Shown piece after piece: positions 53,832 to 64,000 of a stretch of DNA of 64,000 bases. Where the stretch lies: positions 32,001 to 96,000 of the forward strand of contig JBBQFN010000008.1 in assembly GCA_038321985.1 (NCBI GenBank), written 5' to 3'. The DNA is from Cyanophyceae cyanobacterium. GTDB lineage: Bacteria > Cyanobacteriota > Cyanobacteriia > Cyanobacteriales > Laspinemataceae. Below the pieces are notes generated by a model, which was not told where the DNA came from, did not search any database, and was given only the letters and a program-made list of their open reading frames with translations. Position numbers and translations under genes: made by a program. Numbering within the stretch: the stretch's first letter is position 1; each line of letters begins with the position of its first letter.

Positions 53832-54206
53832 ATGCCAACAATACAACAACTTATTCGTACAGAACGGCAGAAGATTGAAAAGAAAACCAAATCGCCTGCA
53901 CTCAAGAGTTGTCCGCAGCGTCGGGGCGTTTGTACGAGAGTTTATACCACCACACCGAAAAAACCCAACTCAGCCCTGAGAAAAGTAGCACGGGTTCGCC
54001 TGACCTCTGGATTTGAAGTCACCGCCTACATTCCGGGAATTGGTCATAACCTACAAGAGCACTCCGTTGTCATGATCCGAGGCGGCAGGGTAAAGGATTT
54101 ACCCGGGGTCCGTTACCACATCATTCGTGGGACCTTAGATACGGCTGGAGTCAAAGATCGCCGTCAAGGGCGTTCTAAATACGGGGCCAAACGTCCTAAA
54201 TCCTAA
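53832..54206 (+). CDS. rpsL: 30S ribosomal protein S12
   Basis: [19 protein letters not shown] and [10 protein letters not shown] motifs. Confidence 0.99.
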   Translation: MPTIQQLIRTERQKIEKKTKSPALKSCPQRRGVCTRVYTTTPKKPNSALRKVARVRLTSGFEVTAYIPGIGHNLQEHSVVMIRGGRVKDLPGVRYHIIRGTLDTAGVKDRRQGRSKYGAKRPKS

Positions 54207-54791
54207 ATAGATTTTAAATTAGCTCCGAAGCGTCAGGCGGAACATTTAAAGGTCTTCTTCAAAGTTGGAGGGAGGCGATCGCACCGGGTGGGGTATCCAA
54301 GGTATTGAACCGAACGATTAACGCACTTCCCCCCGATAAGAGAATCCGCACTAAAGCTGAAGCTGATCGCCAAAAAAGAAGTACAATCATGGGGCGCTCA
54401 TCTAGCAAAACGATGGCCTGAAAAACCCCATCGATTCAATCGATTGTCGCGGATGAGCGATCCCGATAAAGATTCTGGCAGTTCTCATCGGAACCTGAAC
54501 ACAAACACTTGACGGAGCAGTCGCCTTGGACGGCACAAGATGCGATCGCCTGACCCGTAAGCATCGGCCAGCAAAACCATCAAGGGGACCAGCGCATCGC
54601 CGAGCGTCACTTCATGGGAGTAAGCGGACCTCCGAACACTCCAAGCCAGAAAACCGCCAACTTTCCACAAAAAGTGGGAGGATTCAAGCTGAAGCGCGTC
54701 AGCCCTGAATCACAGCTAGTCACGGCTAGTTATAAGCGATTCACATTTAGGTACAGTTCAGTTCCAGTAGTTAATTGGGTGAAAAGTTAGT

Positions 54792-55262
54792 ATGTCTCGT
54801 CGCACTGGTAGTCAAAAACGTTCTGTTACTCCCGATCCAGTTTATAACAGCCGCTTGGTTGGTATGATGGTGCGGCGTGTAATGAAGAGTGGCAAAAAGT
54901 CGGTCGCCTTCAATATTGTTTACAACGCCATGAAAACCATCGAGGAAAGAACCGGCGCGGATGCCTTGGAAGTCTTTGAAAAGGCGGTCAAAAATGTGAC
55001 TCCCCTGGTAGAAGTCAAAGGGCGTCGGGTTGGTGGGGCCACTTATCAAGTCCCGATGGAAGTTAGGTCGGATCGCGGTACAGCTTTAGCATTGCGCTGG
55101 ATCATTCACTTTTCCAGAACCCGTGCCGGGCGCACGATGGCAATGAAATTGGCGAACGAATTAATGGATGCCGCCAACGAAACGGGCAATGCCATCCGTA
55201 AACGGGAAGAAACCCATCGGATGGCAGAAGCCAACAAAGCGTTCGCTCACTATCGTTACTAA
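54792..55262 (+). CDS. rpsG: 30S ribosomal protein S7
   Basis: [11 protein letters not shown] and [15 protein letters not shown] motifs. Confidence 0.99.
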   Translation: MSRRTGSQKRSVTPDPVYNSRLVGMMVRRVMKSGKKSVAFNIVYNAMKTIEERTGADALEVFEKAVKNVTPLVEVKGRRVGGATYQVPMEVRSDRGTALALRWIIHFSRTRAGRTMAMKLANELMDAANETGNAIRKREETHRMAEANKAFAHYRY

Positions 55263-55737
55263 AGTCAGAATCAGACCCATTGCAGAAAAAAAAGGTGTTC
55301 TATGTAAACAAATTTTGCAAAAAATATTAAAATGTAACAAGACAGGAGAAAATCCACAGGAGTATAGCCCATTGGGGTTGACTTAAAAACAGTGGATTCT
55401 TTGCTCTCAGGTCGAGTTGACCCACTTTCTGGAACCCTAGGAAGTGGCAAAGCAGAAGTCAAACTCCTTAAAAATTTAACAGCGAGTGACTTTGCAACCC
55501 GAGGAGAGATGTAGGTGGGGTCTCGTCGGGAAGGTAAATCGGTGAGGTAGGGTAGGTAGCCCGAGCAAGGAAACGGCGGGTCAACAAACCCCATTCAAAC
55601 CTAAACCTATAATTTGATCGCGATTCTGATAAACCGCGATCGCTAAGCGTGCCAGAGATAATCGAGGCACGATCACTAAGATGCGTCTAACGCATCATTC
55701 AAAGATAATTTGCGGCAACACAAAAAAGGAGGGAGCT

Positions 55738-57813
55738 GTGGCACGTACTGTCCCGCTTGAGAAAGTGCGAAACATAGGAATCGCCGCCCACATCGATGCG
55801 GGCAAAACCACAACGACGGAGCGGATTCTGTTTTATTCCGGTGTGGTTCACAAAATCGGTGAGGTGCATGACGGCAACACCGTAACAGACTGGATGGAGC
55901 AAGAGCGAGAGCGGGGCATTACCATCACGGCTGCTGCCATCACCACCAGTTGGAAAGATAACCAGATCAATATTATTGACACCCCTGGTCACGTAGACTT
56001 CACGATTGAAGTGGAGCGCTCCATGCGTGTACTAGATGGAGTGATTGCCGTCTTCTGCTCCGTCGGTGGAGTTCAGCCGCAATCCGAAACCGTGTGGCGT
56101 CAAGCCGATCGCTATAAAGTGCCTCGCATCGTGTTTATCAACAAGATGGACCGCACGGGAGCGAATTTCTACCGGGTTTACGATCAGATTTGCGATCGGA
56201 TGCGCACTAACGCCGTCGCGATCCAGCTTCCGATTGGTAACGAAGACCAATTCTCTGGCATCATCGACTTGGTGGGGATGAAGGCTCGGATCTACACTAA
56301 CGATAGTGGCACTGATATTCAAGAGACTGATATTCCCGAGGATATGGTGGAAATCGCTCAAAAGTATCGCACCAAGCTGATTGAAGCGGTGGCAGATATG
56401 AGTGATGTCTTGACAGAAAAATACCTCGAAGGTGAAGAATTCACCCAGGAAGAAATTGTCAAGGCCTTACGTCAGGGAACCATCACAGGGAAGATCGTCC
56501 CGACGATGTGCGGTTCGGCCTTCAAAAACAAAGGGGTACAGCTCTTACTAGATGCCGTGATAGATTACCTACCGGCCCCCATTGATGTCCCACCGATCCA
56601 GGGAACCCTACCGAATGGGGAGGAGATTTTCCGCAGCGCGGATGATAACGCCCCCCTCTCGGCCTTAGCCTTCAAGATCATGGCCGACCCCTACGGGCGT
56701 CTGACCTTTATTCGGGTTTATTCTGGCGTTCTGGAAAAAGGCAGTTACGTTCTGAACTCCACCAAGGACAAGAAAGAACGGATTTCTCGCCTGATTGTCA
56801 TGAAAGCTGACGATCGCATTGAAGTCGATGAACTGCGCGCTGGGGACCTCGGCGCAGCAGTGGGTCTGAAAGACACCTTCACGGGGGATACAATCTGCTC
56901 TTCGGATAGTCCGGTGATTCTAGAATCGCTGTTCATTCCCGAACCTGTGATCTCCGTGGCAGTGGAACCGAAGACCAAGCAAGACATGGAGAAGCTGTCT
57001 AAGGCATTGCAATCCCTGGCTCAAGAAGACCCCACTTTCCGGGTAAGCGTCGATCCCGAAACCAATCAAACCGTGATTGCCGGGATGGGTGAACTTCACC
57101 TAGAAATTCTGGTGGATCGGATGTTGCGTGAGTTTAAGGTAGAAGCGAACGTGGGTGCTCCCCAAGTTGCTTACCGAGAAACCATCCGCAAAGCCGTCAA
57201 AGCCGAAGGGAAATTTATTCGCCAAAGTGGAGGTAAGGGTCAGTACGGTCACGTTGTCATCCAACTAGAACCGGGAGATCCAGGCAGTGGCTTTGAGTTT
57301 GTCTCGAAAATTGTGGGAGGAACAGTACCCAAAGAGTACATTTCCCCAGCAGGACAAGGGATGAAGGAAGCCTGCGAATCTGGGATTTTAGCAGGCTACC
57401 CGATGATTGACATCAGGGCCACCTTGGTAGATGGTTCTTTCCATGATGTTGACTCCTCGGAAATGGCTTTTAAAATTGCTGGCTCTATGGCAATTAAAAA
57501 CGGGGTGATGAATGCTTCACCCGTTCTGTTAGAGCCTATGATGAAGGTTGAGGTAGAAGTTCCCGAGAACTTCCTCGGGGACGTGATGGGCGACCTCAAT
57601 TCCCGCCGGGGCCAAATCGAAGGAATGGGTTCTGAGCAAGGGATTTCCAAGGTGACTGCTAAAGTTCCATTAGCAGAAATGTTTGGCTATGCCACGGATA
57701 TCCGGTCTAAAACTCAAGGCCGAGGTATCTTTACGATGGAGTTTAGCCGCTATGAAGAGGTGCCTCGCAACGTGGCTGAACCCATCATCGCCAAGAGTAA
57801 AGGGAACGCATAA
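55738..57813 (+). CDS. fusA: Elongation factor G
   Basis: [14 protein letters not shown] and NKMD motifs; GTG start after AAGGAGG. Confidence 0.99.
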   Translation: MARTVPLEKVRNIGIAAHIDAGKTTTTERILFYSGVVHKIGEVHDGNTVTDWMEQERERGITITAAAITTSWKDNQINIIDTPGHVDFTIEVERSMRVLDGVIAVFCSVGGVQPQSETVWRQADRYKVPRIVFINKMDRTGANFYRVYDQICDRMRTNAVAIQLPIGNEDQFSGIIDLVGMKARIYTNDSGTDIQETDIPEDMVEIAQKYRTKLIEAVADMSDVLTEKYLEGEEFTQEEIVKALRQGTITGKIVPTMCGSAFKNKGVQLLLDAVIDYLPAPIDVPPIQGTLPNGEEIFRSADDNAPLSALAFKIMADPYGRLTFIRVYSGVLEKGSYVLNSTKDKKERISRLIVMKADDRIEVDELRAGDLGAAVGLKDTFTGDTICSSDSPVILESLFIPEPVISVAVEPKTKQDMEKLSKALQSLAQEDPTFRVSVDPETNQTVIAGMGELHLEILVDRMLREFKVEANVGAPQVAYRETIRKAVKAEGKFIRQSGGKGQYGHVVIQLEPGDPGSGFEFVSKIVGGTVPKEYISPAGQGMKEACESGILAGYPMIDIRATLVDGSFHDVDSSEMAFKIAGSMAIKNGVMNASPVLLEPMMKVEVEVPENFLGDVMGDLNSRRGQIEGMGSEQGISKVTAKVPLAEMFGYATDIRSKTQGRGIFTMEFSRYEEVPRNVAEPIIAKSKGNA

Positions 57814-57818
57814 TAGTA

Positions 57819-57897
57819 GTTCATTGTTGACGGTTCATTGTTCATTGCTTTTTCCCAATGAACAATGAACAATGAACAATGGACAATGAACGATTGA
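57819..57897. repeat. Heptamer (CAATGAA) tandem repeats in inverted arrangement (STRR-like)
   Basis: About 4 GTTCATT units followed by about 6 CAATGAA units between fusA and tuf. Confidence 0.85.
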
Positions 57898-57916
57898 GAA
57901 AGGAACTAGAGAAGAC

Positions 57917-59146
57917 ATGGCACGCACAAAGTTTGAACGGAATAAACCCCACGTTAACATCGGTACAATCGGTCACGTTGACCACGGCAAAACGACCCTG
58001 ACGGCGGCAATTACCTTGACCCTCGCCGCCCTCGGTCAAGCCAAAGCAAGAAAGTACGATGAAATCGATGCTGCTCCCGAAGAAAAACAACGGGGGATCA
58101 CGATTAATACCGCTCACGTGGAATACGAAACGACTGATCGTCACTATGCCCACGTTGACTGCCCCGGTCACGCTGACTATGTGAAGAACATGATCACCGG
58201 CGCAGCCCAGATGGATGGAGCTATTCTGGTGGTGTCGGCAGCAGATGGCCCGATGCCTCAAACCCGGGAACACATCCTGCTCGCAAAGCAGGTGGGGGTT
58301 CCGAATATCGTCGTGTTCTTGAACAAACAAGACCAAGTAGATGATGAAGAACTCCTGGAACTCGTGGAACTGGAAGTTCGCGAACTCCTGACTTCTTATG
58401 ATTTCCCCGGTGACGACATTCCGATTGTCTCGGGTTCGGCTCTGTTGGCACTTGAAGCCTTGACCAAAACCCCGGGTACCAAGAAGGGTGATAATGAGTG
58501 GGTTGATAAAATCTACGCCTTAATGGATCAAGTAGATGCTTACATCCCAACTCCAGAACGGGCGATTGATAAGCCATTCTTGATGGCAGTTGAAGACGTC
58601 TTTTCGATTACAGGTCGGGGAACTGTTGCCACGGGCCGGATCGAACGGGGCAAAGTCAAAGTCGGCGAAACTGTCGAATTAGTTGGAATCAAACCCACTC
58701 GCAGCACCACAGTGACGGGTGTGGAAATGTTCCAAAAAATTCTGGAAGAAGGGCTGGCTGGAGATAACGTCGGAGTTCTGCTCCGGGGGATCCAAAAGGC
58801 TGATATCGAGCGCGGAATGGTGATTGCTAAACCCGGTTCGATTACTCCTCACACTCTGTTTGAATCGGAAGTGTATATTCTCAAGAAAGAAGAAGGTGGC
58901 CGCCATACGCCCTTTTTCTCGGGCTATCGTCCTCAGTTCTACGTGCGGACAACTGACGTAACAGGGACTATTAACGCCTTTACCTCGGACGAGGGAGACG
59001 AAGTGGAAATGGTTATGCCTGGCGATCGCATCAAAATGACGGTGGAATTGATCAACCCGATCGCCATCGAACAAGGGATGCGGTTTGCCATCCGTGAAGG
59101 CGGACGGACCGTCGGAGCCGGTGTGGTAGCCAAAATCCTCAAGTAG
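57917..59146 (+). CDS. tuf: Elongation factor Tu
   Basis: [17 protein letters not shown] and [11 protein letters not shown] motifs. Confidence 0.99.
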   Translation: MARTKFERNKPHVNIGTIGHVDHGKTTLTAAITLTLAALGQAKARKYDEIDAAPEEKQRGITINTAHVEYETTDRHYAHVDCPGHADYVKNMITGAAQMDGAILVVSAADGPMPQTREHILLAKQVGVPNIVVFLNKQDQVDDEELLELVELEVRELLTSYDFPGDDIPIVSGSALLALEALTKTPGTKKGDNEWVDKIYALMDQVDAYIPTPERAIDKPFLMAVEDVFSITGRGTVATGRIERGKVKVGETVELVGIKPTRSTTVTGVEMFQKILEEGLAGDNVGVLLRGIQKADIERGMVIAKPGSITPHTLFESEVYILKKEEGGRHTPFFSGYRPQFYVRTTDVTGTINAFTSDEGDEVEMVMPGDRIKMTVELINPIAIEQGMRFAIREGGRTVGAGVVAKILK

Positions 59147-59191
59147 ACGGACTTTAAGGGCGATCGCGCCCTAGGCAGAACCGTGCTGAAG

Positions 59192-59241
59192 GCAAGTAGA
59201 GCACAAAAGCGATGATAGAAAAGCTTTTATGCTCTACTTGC
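59192..59241 (+). other. Stem-loop between tuf and rpsJ (processing or attenuation candidate)
   Basis: GCAAGTAGAGCA / TGCTCTACTTGC arms. Confidence 0.55.
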
Positions 59242-59316
59242 ATCTGTGCGGAGTACCTCCACGGTGAACCTTTAACCCTGTCAATTTATTAATCGAACCT
59301 AGACAACTAAAAATCA

Positions 59317-59634
59317 ATGGCTACCTTACAACAGCAAAAAATTCGCATTCGTCTAAAAGCCTTCGATCGCCGATTGCTGGATACTTCCTGCGAGAAAATC
59401 GTAGAAACAGCCAATCGGACCAACGCTACAGCGGTCGGGCCCATTCCTTTACCGACAAGGCGGCGTATTTACTGTTTGCTCCGTTCTCCCCACGTCGATA
59501 AAGATTCTCGGGAGCATTTTGAAACCCGGACTCACCGCCGCATTATCGATATCTATCAACCGTCTTCTAAGACCATTGATGCTTTAATGAAACTCGATCT
59601 ACCTGCCGGTGTAGATATTGAAGTCAAACTTTAA
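59317..59634 (+). CDS. rpsJ: 30S ribosomal protein S10
   Basis: [17 protein letters not shown] and [13 protein letters not shown] motifs. Confidence 0.99.
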   Translation: MATLQQQKIRIRLKAFDRRLLDTSCEKIVETANRTNATAVGPIPLPTRRRIYCLLRSPHVDKDSREHFETRTHRRIIDIYQPSSKTIDALMKLDLPAGVDIEVKL

Positions 59635-59715
59635 GCCTCTCCAAAAGCGGAACAAACCAACTGCACAGAGCTGACGCCTCGCCTCTGGCAATACACCAAA
59701 CTCCTGGCTCTAGTC

Positions 59716-59752
59716 TTTAAAAAAGGAGAACTCAGAATTCTCCTTTTTTAAA
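59716..59752 (+). terminator. Terminator of the str/S10 operon
   Basis: TTTAAAAAAGGAGAA / TTCTCCTTTTTTAAA perfect 15-bp arms. Confidence 0.75.
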
Positions 59753-60019
59753 TATTCAGCCTTTAACTTAACCTCTAAAATATCGCCGAGCAAGCCCTTC
59801 TAATTTCAGATAATTTTTATAAATATTGAAAAAATTTACCTAAATTTTTTCAATATTTTATCATACGAAGTAAAAAAAGTCAAGTTTTATTAAAAAAATT
59901 CTCTCTAAAAAATCAAATCCAGTCCGTTAGTCTAAACTGGGGCGCTGATTGCCCTGGAATCGTCAGGTTAATCGTATCAGTTAAGATAAAAGCGCAGTTA
60001 CTTTTTGGAATGAGGGACA

Positions 60020-60664
60020 ATGCAATCCTCCTCCTCGATCGCCGTTCGAGAACTTCCCCTGTTTCCCTTGCCGGAAGTCGTACTATTTCCAGGCCGACCC
60101 CTGCCCCTGCATATTTTCGAGTTTCGCTACCGAATTATGATGAACACAATTCTGGAGAGCGATCGCAGATTTGGGGTGCTCATGTGGGATCCCGTCAAAG
60201 GCCAGCCCACTTCTATCGGTTGCTGTGCTGAAGTTCTTCAATACGTCCGACTCCCCGATGACCGCCTAAAAATGTTAACCCTCGGTCAGCAGAGGTTTCG
60301 AGTCTTAGAATACGTCCGAGAAAAACCCTATCTCGTGGGTTTAGTCGAGTGGCTCGAAGATCAACCCCCTGAGGAAGACCTTAGACCCCTTGCTAGTGAA
60401 GTCGATCGCCTCTTAAGAGATGTCGTCCGTCTTTCCGGTAAACTCATGGATCAAACCATCGAACTTCCCGACGACATCCCCGATCTCCCGGTGGAACTTT
60501 CCTATTGGGTTGCCAGTAACCTTTACGGCGTTGCTGCCGAACAGCAATCCCTCCTGGAAATGCTTGATACTGGCGCAAGACTGGAACGAGAATCGGAAAT
60601 TCTCACCTCTACTCGCTCCCATCTAGCCGCACGGACCGTTCTCAAAGACACCCTAAATGAGTAG
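60020..60664 (+). CDS. LON peptidase N-terminal (substrate-binding) domain protein
   Basis: ELPLFPLPEVVLFPG..LPLHIFEFRYRIM motif. Confidence 0.93.
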   Translation: MQSSSSIAVRELPLFPLPEVVLFPGRPLPLHIFEFRYRIMMNTILESDRRFGVLMWDPVKGQPTSIGCCAEVLQYVRLPDDRLKMLTLGQQRFRVLEYVREKPYLVGLVEWLEDQPPEEDLRPLASEVDRLLRDVVRLSGKLMDQTIELPDDIPDLPVELSYWVASNLYGVAAEQQSLLEMLDTGARLERESEILTSTRSHLAARTVLKDTLNE

Positions 60665-60728
60665 CTGGAAATTTTGGATAGGGGATTTTAGAGCTACTCA
60701 CCCCTCTAAAAATCCCCCCTTTAAAATC

Positions 60729-62117
60729 CTAAAACCTAAACCGTCCAACTCCCCCATACCAATGACGCAGAGTCAGCCATACCACCGATAACAATCCGGC
60801 AATACTCAACGTTAAACCCGTATAAGGGACAATTAATCCCCAGATAGGCAAAACCGCGCCAGCAATGGTACAAATCAGTGCGGCTAAGGATGCACGCTTA
60901 TGATTCCCCAAGCCCCATACCAACACCAGCAGGACTATAGAAATTAAAGTCCAAGCGAGGTTAACATCCATCACGCGACTAAAATAGGTCAAACTGAGGA
61001 GTGCTGCAAAAAATAAACCCCCCGCCAGAGAAATATCAACCAGACGCATCGGGACGGATAAATAAAGCAGGACAATCCACCACAAGAAGACCCCCGGTGC
61101 TAACAAGAGTAAACGAGGCAGCACCCCCGTCTTGCGGACTGTATCCGTTGCGGTAAATACACCAAATGGATTACGAACAGAAACATTATCTTCAAATACC
61201 CAACTATAGCGAGTCCCGGATCTTTCCGGTTGGGTAGTAGTTGGGATAATCCCACTGGCAAAATCGGCATTGGGGAAGTTTGCCAGTACAGTTAAGCGAA
61301 AATTAGACAGAGATTCTCCCTGGGAATTGTAAACCCAACGAGGGCCTCCTTGAGCCTTATAAGTAACGCGAAAGCGAGTTTCTTGCCCGGGTTGTAAAGA
61401 AAATGGAAAGCCATAATCTCCGGGATTAATTTGTAGCATTCGTTGACCATCTTGCTCAACTTTAAAGTTTTGAAGCAGGGAATAAGCATAAGGGGGAGGA
61501 ATTTCAAAGAAAAAATTTCGAGTCTCTCTTAGGGAGTTGATGACTTGGTATTCGGCTTCAAACTCAGCAATATAAATGGCTTGGTTATTGCTAACATCCG
61601 TAGATTGATTGAGGGTAACCGCAATTTCAGAACCTGCGATCGCCAGAAAGCGACTGACTTCTTGTGTTCCTTCTCTTTCAACGAATCTCCCCTCAATCCA
61701 CTCCGTGTATTTAGTAGGTTCTTCGACAACATAGCGAACTCGGGGAGAAGGTTGTTCGAGTCGTTCCCCCGAAACCGTTGCGGCTACCTGTTGAACGCGG
61801 GATTGTTCCCAGTGATGGTATCGATTCGCTAAGGTCGAAGATAAAAAGAAACCTCCCCCCAAAAAGGTCAGAATTAGAATAAAATGGGGTAACTTTTGCA
61901 ACAAGACTAAATAACCCCCCACCCATTCTTCTATTAGGGGGAAAGGGGGTTCCGGTTGTCGGTAGGTCCACTTGATTAAAGCGATCGCCAATCCAAAGAC
62001 TACCAAAAAAATCCCTAAACTTAGGGATAGATTGAGAATGCGATCGCCAAACTGCATCAACTCATGAGGATGAGTCAGATCCGGTAATGCGGGAATGCCT
62101 TGAACGGTTGGGTCCAT
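60729..62117 (-). CDS. Multi-pass membrane hypothetical protein
   Basis: Two N-terminal TM segments, a soluble beta-rich middle and several C-terminal TM helices. Confidence 0.8.
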   Translation of the reverse strand: MDPTVQGIPALPDLTHPHELMQFGDRILNLSLSLGIFLVVFGLAIALIKWTYRQPEPPFPLIEEWVGGYLVLLQKLPHFILILTFLGGGFFLSSTLANRYHHWEQSRVQQVAATVSGERLEQPSPRVRYVVEEPTKYTEWIEGRFVEREGTQEVSRFLAIAGSEIAVTLNQSTDVSNNQAIYIAEFEAEYQVINSLRETRNFFFEIPPPYAYSLLQNFKVEQDGQRMLQINPGDYGFPFSLQPGQETRFRVTYKAQGGPRWVYNSQGESLSNFRLTVLANFPNADFASGIIPTTTQPERSGTRYSWVFEDNVSVRNPFGVFTATDTVRKTGVLPRLLLLAPGVFLWWIVLLYLSVPMRLVDISLAGGLFFAALLSLTYFSRVMDVNLAWTLISIVLLVLVWGLGNHKRASLAALICTIAGAVLPIWGLIVPYTGLTLSIAGLLSVVWLTLRHWYGGVGRFRF

Positions 62118-62351
62118 AATTAGGGGTAAGCTGAAATTACTCAGCTTTTAGAAGGGTTAGAGTCATGTATAATCCTTTCATCGAACCATCCCCATTGGAA
62201 AACCTGGGGAGTCCGAATCTACAGCAAAATTGTTTTACCGTAGATTGCACTGGGATACTTAAATGGCGTCATGGGATCGCCCTCCAGAAAATGACATAAC
62301 TTAGTCATGCGATCGCCATAGAACTGTCATACTTGCTGACTATTCTTTTTA

Positions 62352-62423
62352 TAGAGAGCAATTACGTTCACTTCTCACACCACACAAGGACCTCGCTCAA
62401 ATGCTCCGAGCGGGGTTTTTTTT
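62352..62423 (+). ncRNA. Yfr1-like small RNA
   Basis: GTTCACTTCTCACACCACAC (Yfr1 core is ACTCCTCACAC) followed by a CCTCGCTC/GAGCGGGG hairpin and T8; TATTCT -10-like box at 62341; 5' end approximate. Confidence 0.7.
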
Positions 62424-62611
62424 AAGATAACCTACATTCCTAATGGGGCTTAACCGACTTAGGGTCATCATCGGATATAAATACTTAATCTCTTACCCTG
62501 ACCCTGGGTTTTTTTTGCTGCTATAGAAATTCTATAATCGTTTGATCTCAACCGGAGAAAAACTATTTTAAATATCCCTTCCAATAGCCATTTCTGGGGA
62601 TCCAACATTTT

Positions 62612-63460
62612 TTATTCTCGCGTAATTGCGACAAAATCATAGCTGCCGAAAATTTTTAGGGTCTCCGTGTGGGAACGTAATTCCTGAAAGGCTGATTCTA
62701 CCGAGGATTTTCGAGCATCACATTCTAAATCCAGAAAGAATAGATATTCCCCGAGCGATCGCTTAGTCGGGCGAGATTCGATCCGACTTAAATTAATTCC
62801 CCGACTGGCAAAAACTTGGAGAGGTTGAGAAAGAGAACCCGGAAGATTTGCCGGAACGCTAAATCCCAAGGAGGTATAATTTCCCCCCGGAGAGGGTTGC
62901 AAACTTACCACCCAAAAACGAGTACAGTTATCCGAGCGATCATTAATTGGAAACGAGATGATGGGGAGATCGTAGAGTTCAGCAGCGCGTTGAGAAGAAA
63001 TTGCCGCCGCCAAGCGATCGCCTTCTAACTGCTGCACCGCCTCCGTCGTGGAATTGGTAGGAATTAACTGAACCCAAGGGAGAAATTGTTCCAACCATCC
63101 CTGACATTGAGCTAACGCTTGGGGATGGGAATAAACTGTTTGGATCTCTTGCAAATTTTGGACGGGTGAAATCAGCGCATGAGAAATGGGCAGCACCAAC
63201 GCCAATTGAATTTGTAGAGTATCTAACTGCCAGAGGGTATCCAGAGTCATTGGCACACTTCCTTCCAGGGAATTTTCCACAGGAACTACCGCACGTTGAG
63301 CCTGAGAGTGAGCAACCGCACGTAAAGTCTGAGAAATGCTGGGATACGGACACAACAAACATTCCTCCCCTGTGTCGTACTGCAACTGCTCCACATAAGC
63401 TAAAGCTGCCGCTTCGGAGTAGGTGCCAGGAGGTCCCAAATAGGCAATAGATACCGTCAT
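62612..63460 (-). CDS. pheA: Prephenate dehydratase
   Basis: IAYLGPPGTYS, VPVENSLEG, SHPQALAQC, TRF and INLSRIESRP motifs. Confidence 0.97.
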   Translation of the reverse strand: MTVSIAYLGPPGTYSEAAALAYVEQLQYDTGEECLLCPYPSISQTLRAVAHSQAQRAVVPVENSLEGSVPMTLDTLWQLDTLQIQLALVLPISHALISPVQNLQEIQTVYSHPQALAQCQGWLEQFLPWVQLIPTNSTTEAVQQLEGDRLAAAISSQRAAELYDLPIISFPINDRSDNCTRFWVVSLQPSPGGNYTSLGFSVPANLPGSLSQPLQVFASRGINLSRIESRPTKRSLGEYLFFLDLECDARKSSVESAFQELRSHTETLKIFGSYDFVAITRE

Positions 63461-63733
63461 CTTGTCTTTCCCTCAGTTAACTGGGTTCTTTGTAAAAATT
63501 AGCCCCAGGGCGAACAATAGAAAACCCGAAATTTTGGGCCTACTTGTGCGGATCCCCAGGCACAACTTTCTAGGTGAGATTGTCCCAATTGTTTAAGTTT
63601 TTTGGGGAGTTTCTCAGAAATGCCCTAAAATTAATGGCAAATTAAATCGATTATTGGACGATCGCCTTGGGCATTTCCCGTATTTAATCACCAAATGGCC
63701 CCGTCTTGCTGCATTAGGTTTCAAATTTTACAC

Positions 63734-63751
63734 TTTGTAAAAAAATGTAAA
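63734..63751. promoter_or_regulatory. HLR1 (RpaB)-like direct repeat
   Basis: Minus strand reads TTTACATT-tt-TTTACAAA, a perfect fit to the HLR1 consensus. Confidence 0.6.
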
Positions 63752-63798
63752 TTTTGGTAGCGTAGTCATTAACCGAACTAAATTTGAGATTAACCAGA

Positions 63799-64000
63799 AT
63801 GCATACTATCCAGTTTGTTGCATCCCAATCTGTAGAAATACCCGTTCCCCTCCAACCTGTTCCAATTCAACATTACCTACGGCAGCCGCAACGGTTAATT
63901 AGGGCGCTTGTCGATCCGACCCGAACCGAACAATTAGGCAAAGAACGGTTTAGATTAAAAATGCGTCCCTTGGAGTTTATGATGCTGCGGATTCAACCGA
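63799..64000 (+). CDS. DUF1997 family protein, N-terminal part (truncated by the window end)
   Basis: Translated by hand: MHTIQFVASQSVEIPVPLQPVPIQHYLRQPQRLIRALVDPTR...FRLKMRPL. Confidence 0.8.
   Translation, partial: MHTIQFVASQSVEIPVPLQPVPIQHYLRQPQRLIRALVDPTRTEQLGKERFRLKMRPLEFMMLRIQP

Noticed and set aside
54207..55737. Group I/II intron, tRNA or IS in the str-operon spacers
   Set aside because: The flanking genes are intact, and I see no intron domain V or P-Q-R-S core, cloverleaf, transposase or terminal repeats.
55681..55737. 19-aa N-terminal extension of EF-G in the ORF track
   Set aside because: A strong RBS (AAGGAGG) precedes GTG at 55738, which gives the canonical (M)ARTVPLE start.

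Overview
A 64-kb chromosomal segment of a cyanobacterium. Frequent HIP1 GCGATCGC octamers, cyanobacterial gene content and a single unsplit patU next to hetZ suggest a filamentous, probably Oscillatoriales-type strain (inference). Most of it is core genome: secA, pyrD, amiC-murI-sds-hetZ-patU, a dapL-like aminotransferase, radical SAM-rne-rnhB, purM, rlpA, panC/cmk, Fd-GOGAT, iscA, rpsL-rpsG-fusA-tuf-rpsJ, LON-N and pheA. Accessory inserts are an NB-ARC/TPR STAND gene with Uma2 nucleases, an HTH-NACHT gene with a divergent small ORF, and an ethylene-receptor/cyanobacteriochrome hybrid kinase with a response regulator. The best candidate for an undescribed system is the HTH-NACHT cassette between rnhB and purM. 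Its short divergent promoter carries three ATGTCAG repeats at an exact 10-bp period ahead of an orphan 69-aa amphipathic protein. Other signals missing from the ORF track are a Yfr1-like sRNA with a variant seed, a 39-aa membrane sORF, long structured spacers in the str operon and the rne leader, a 24-nt repeat inserted in frame in a gene, a MITE carrying a REP-like hairpin, and HLR1 (RpaB)-like boxes. All functional calls come from motif recognition by eye; no searches were run.
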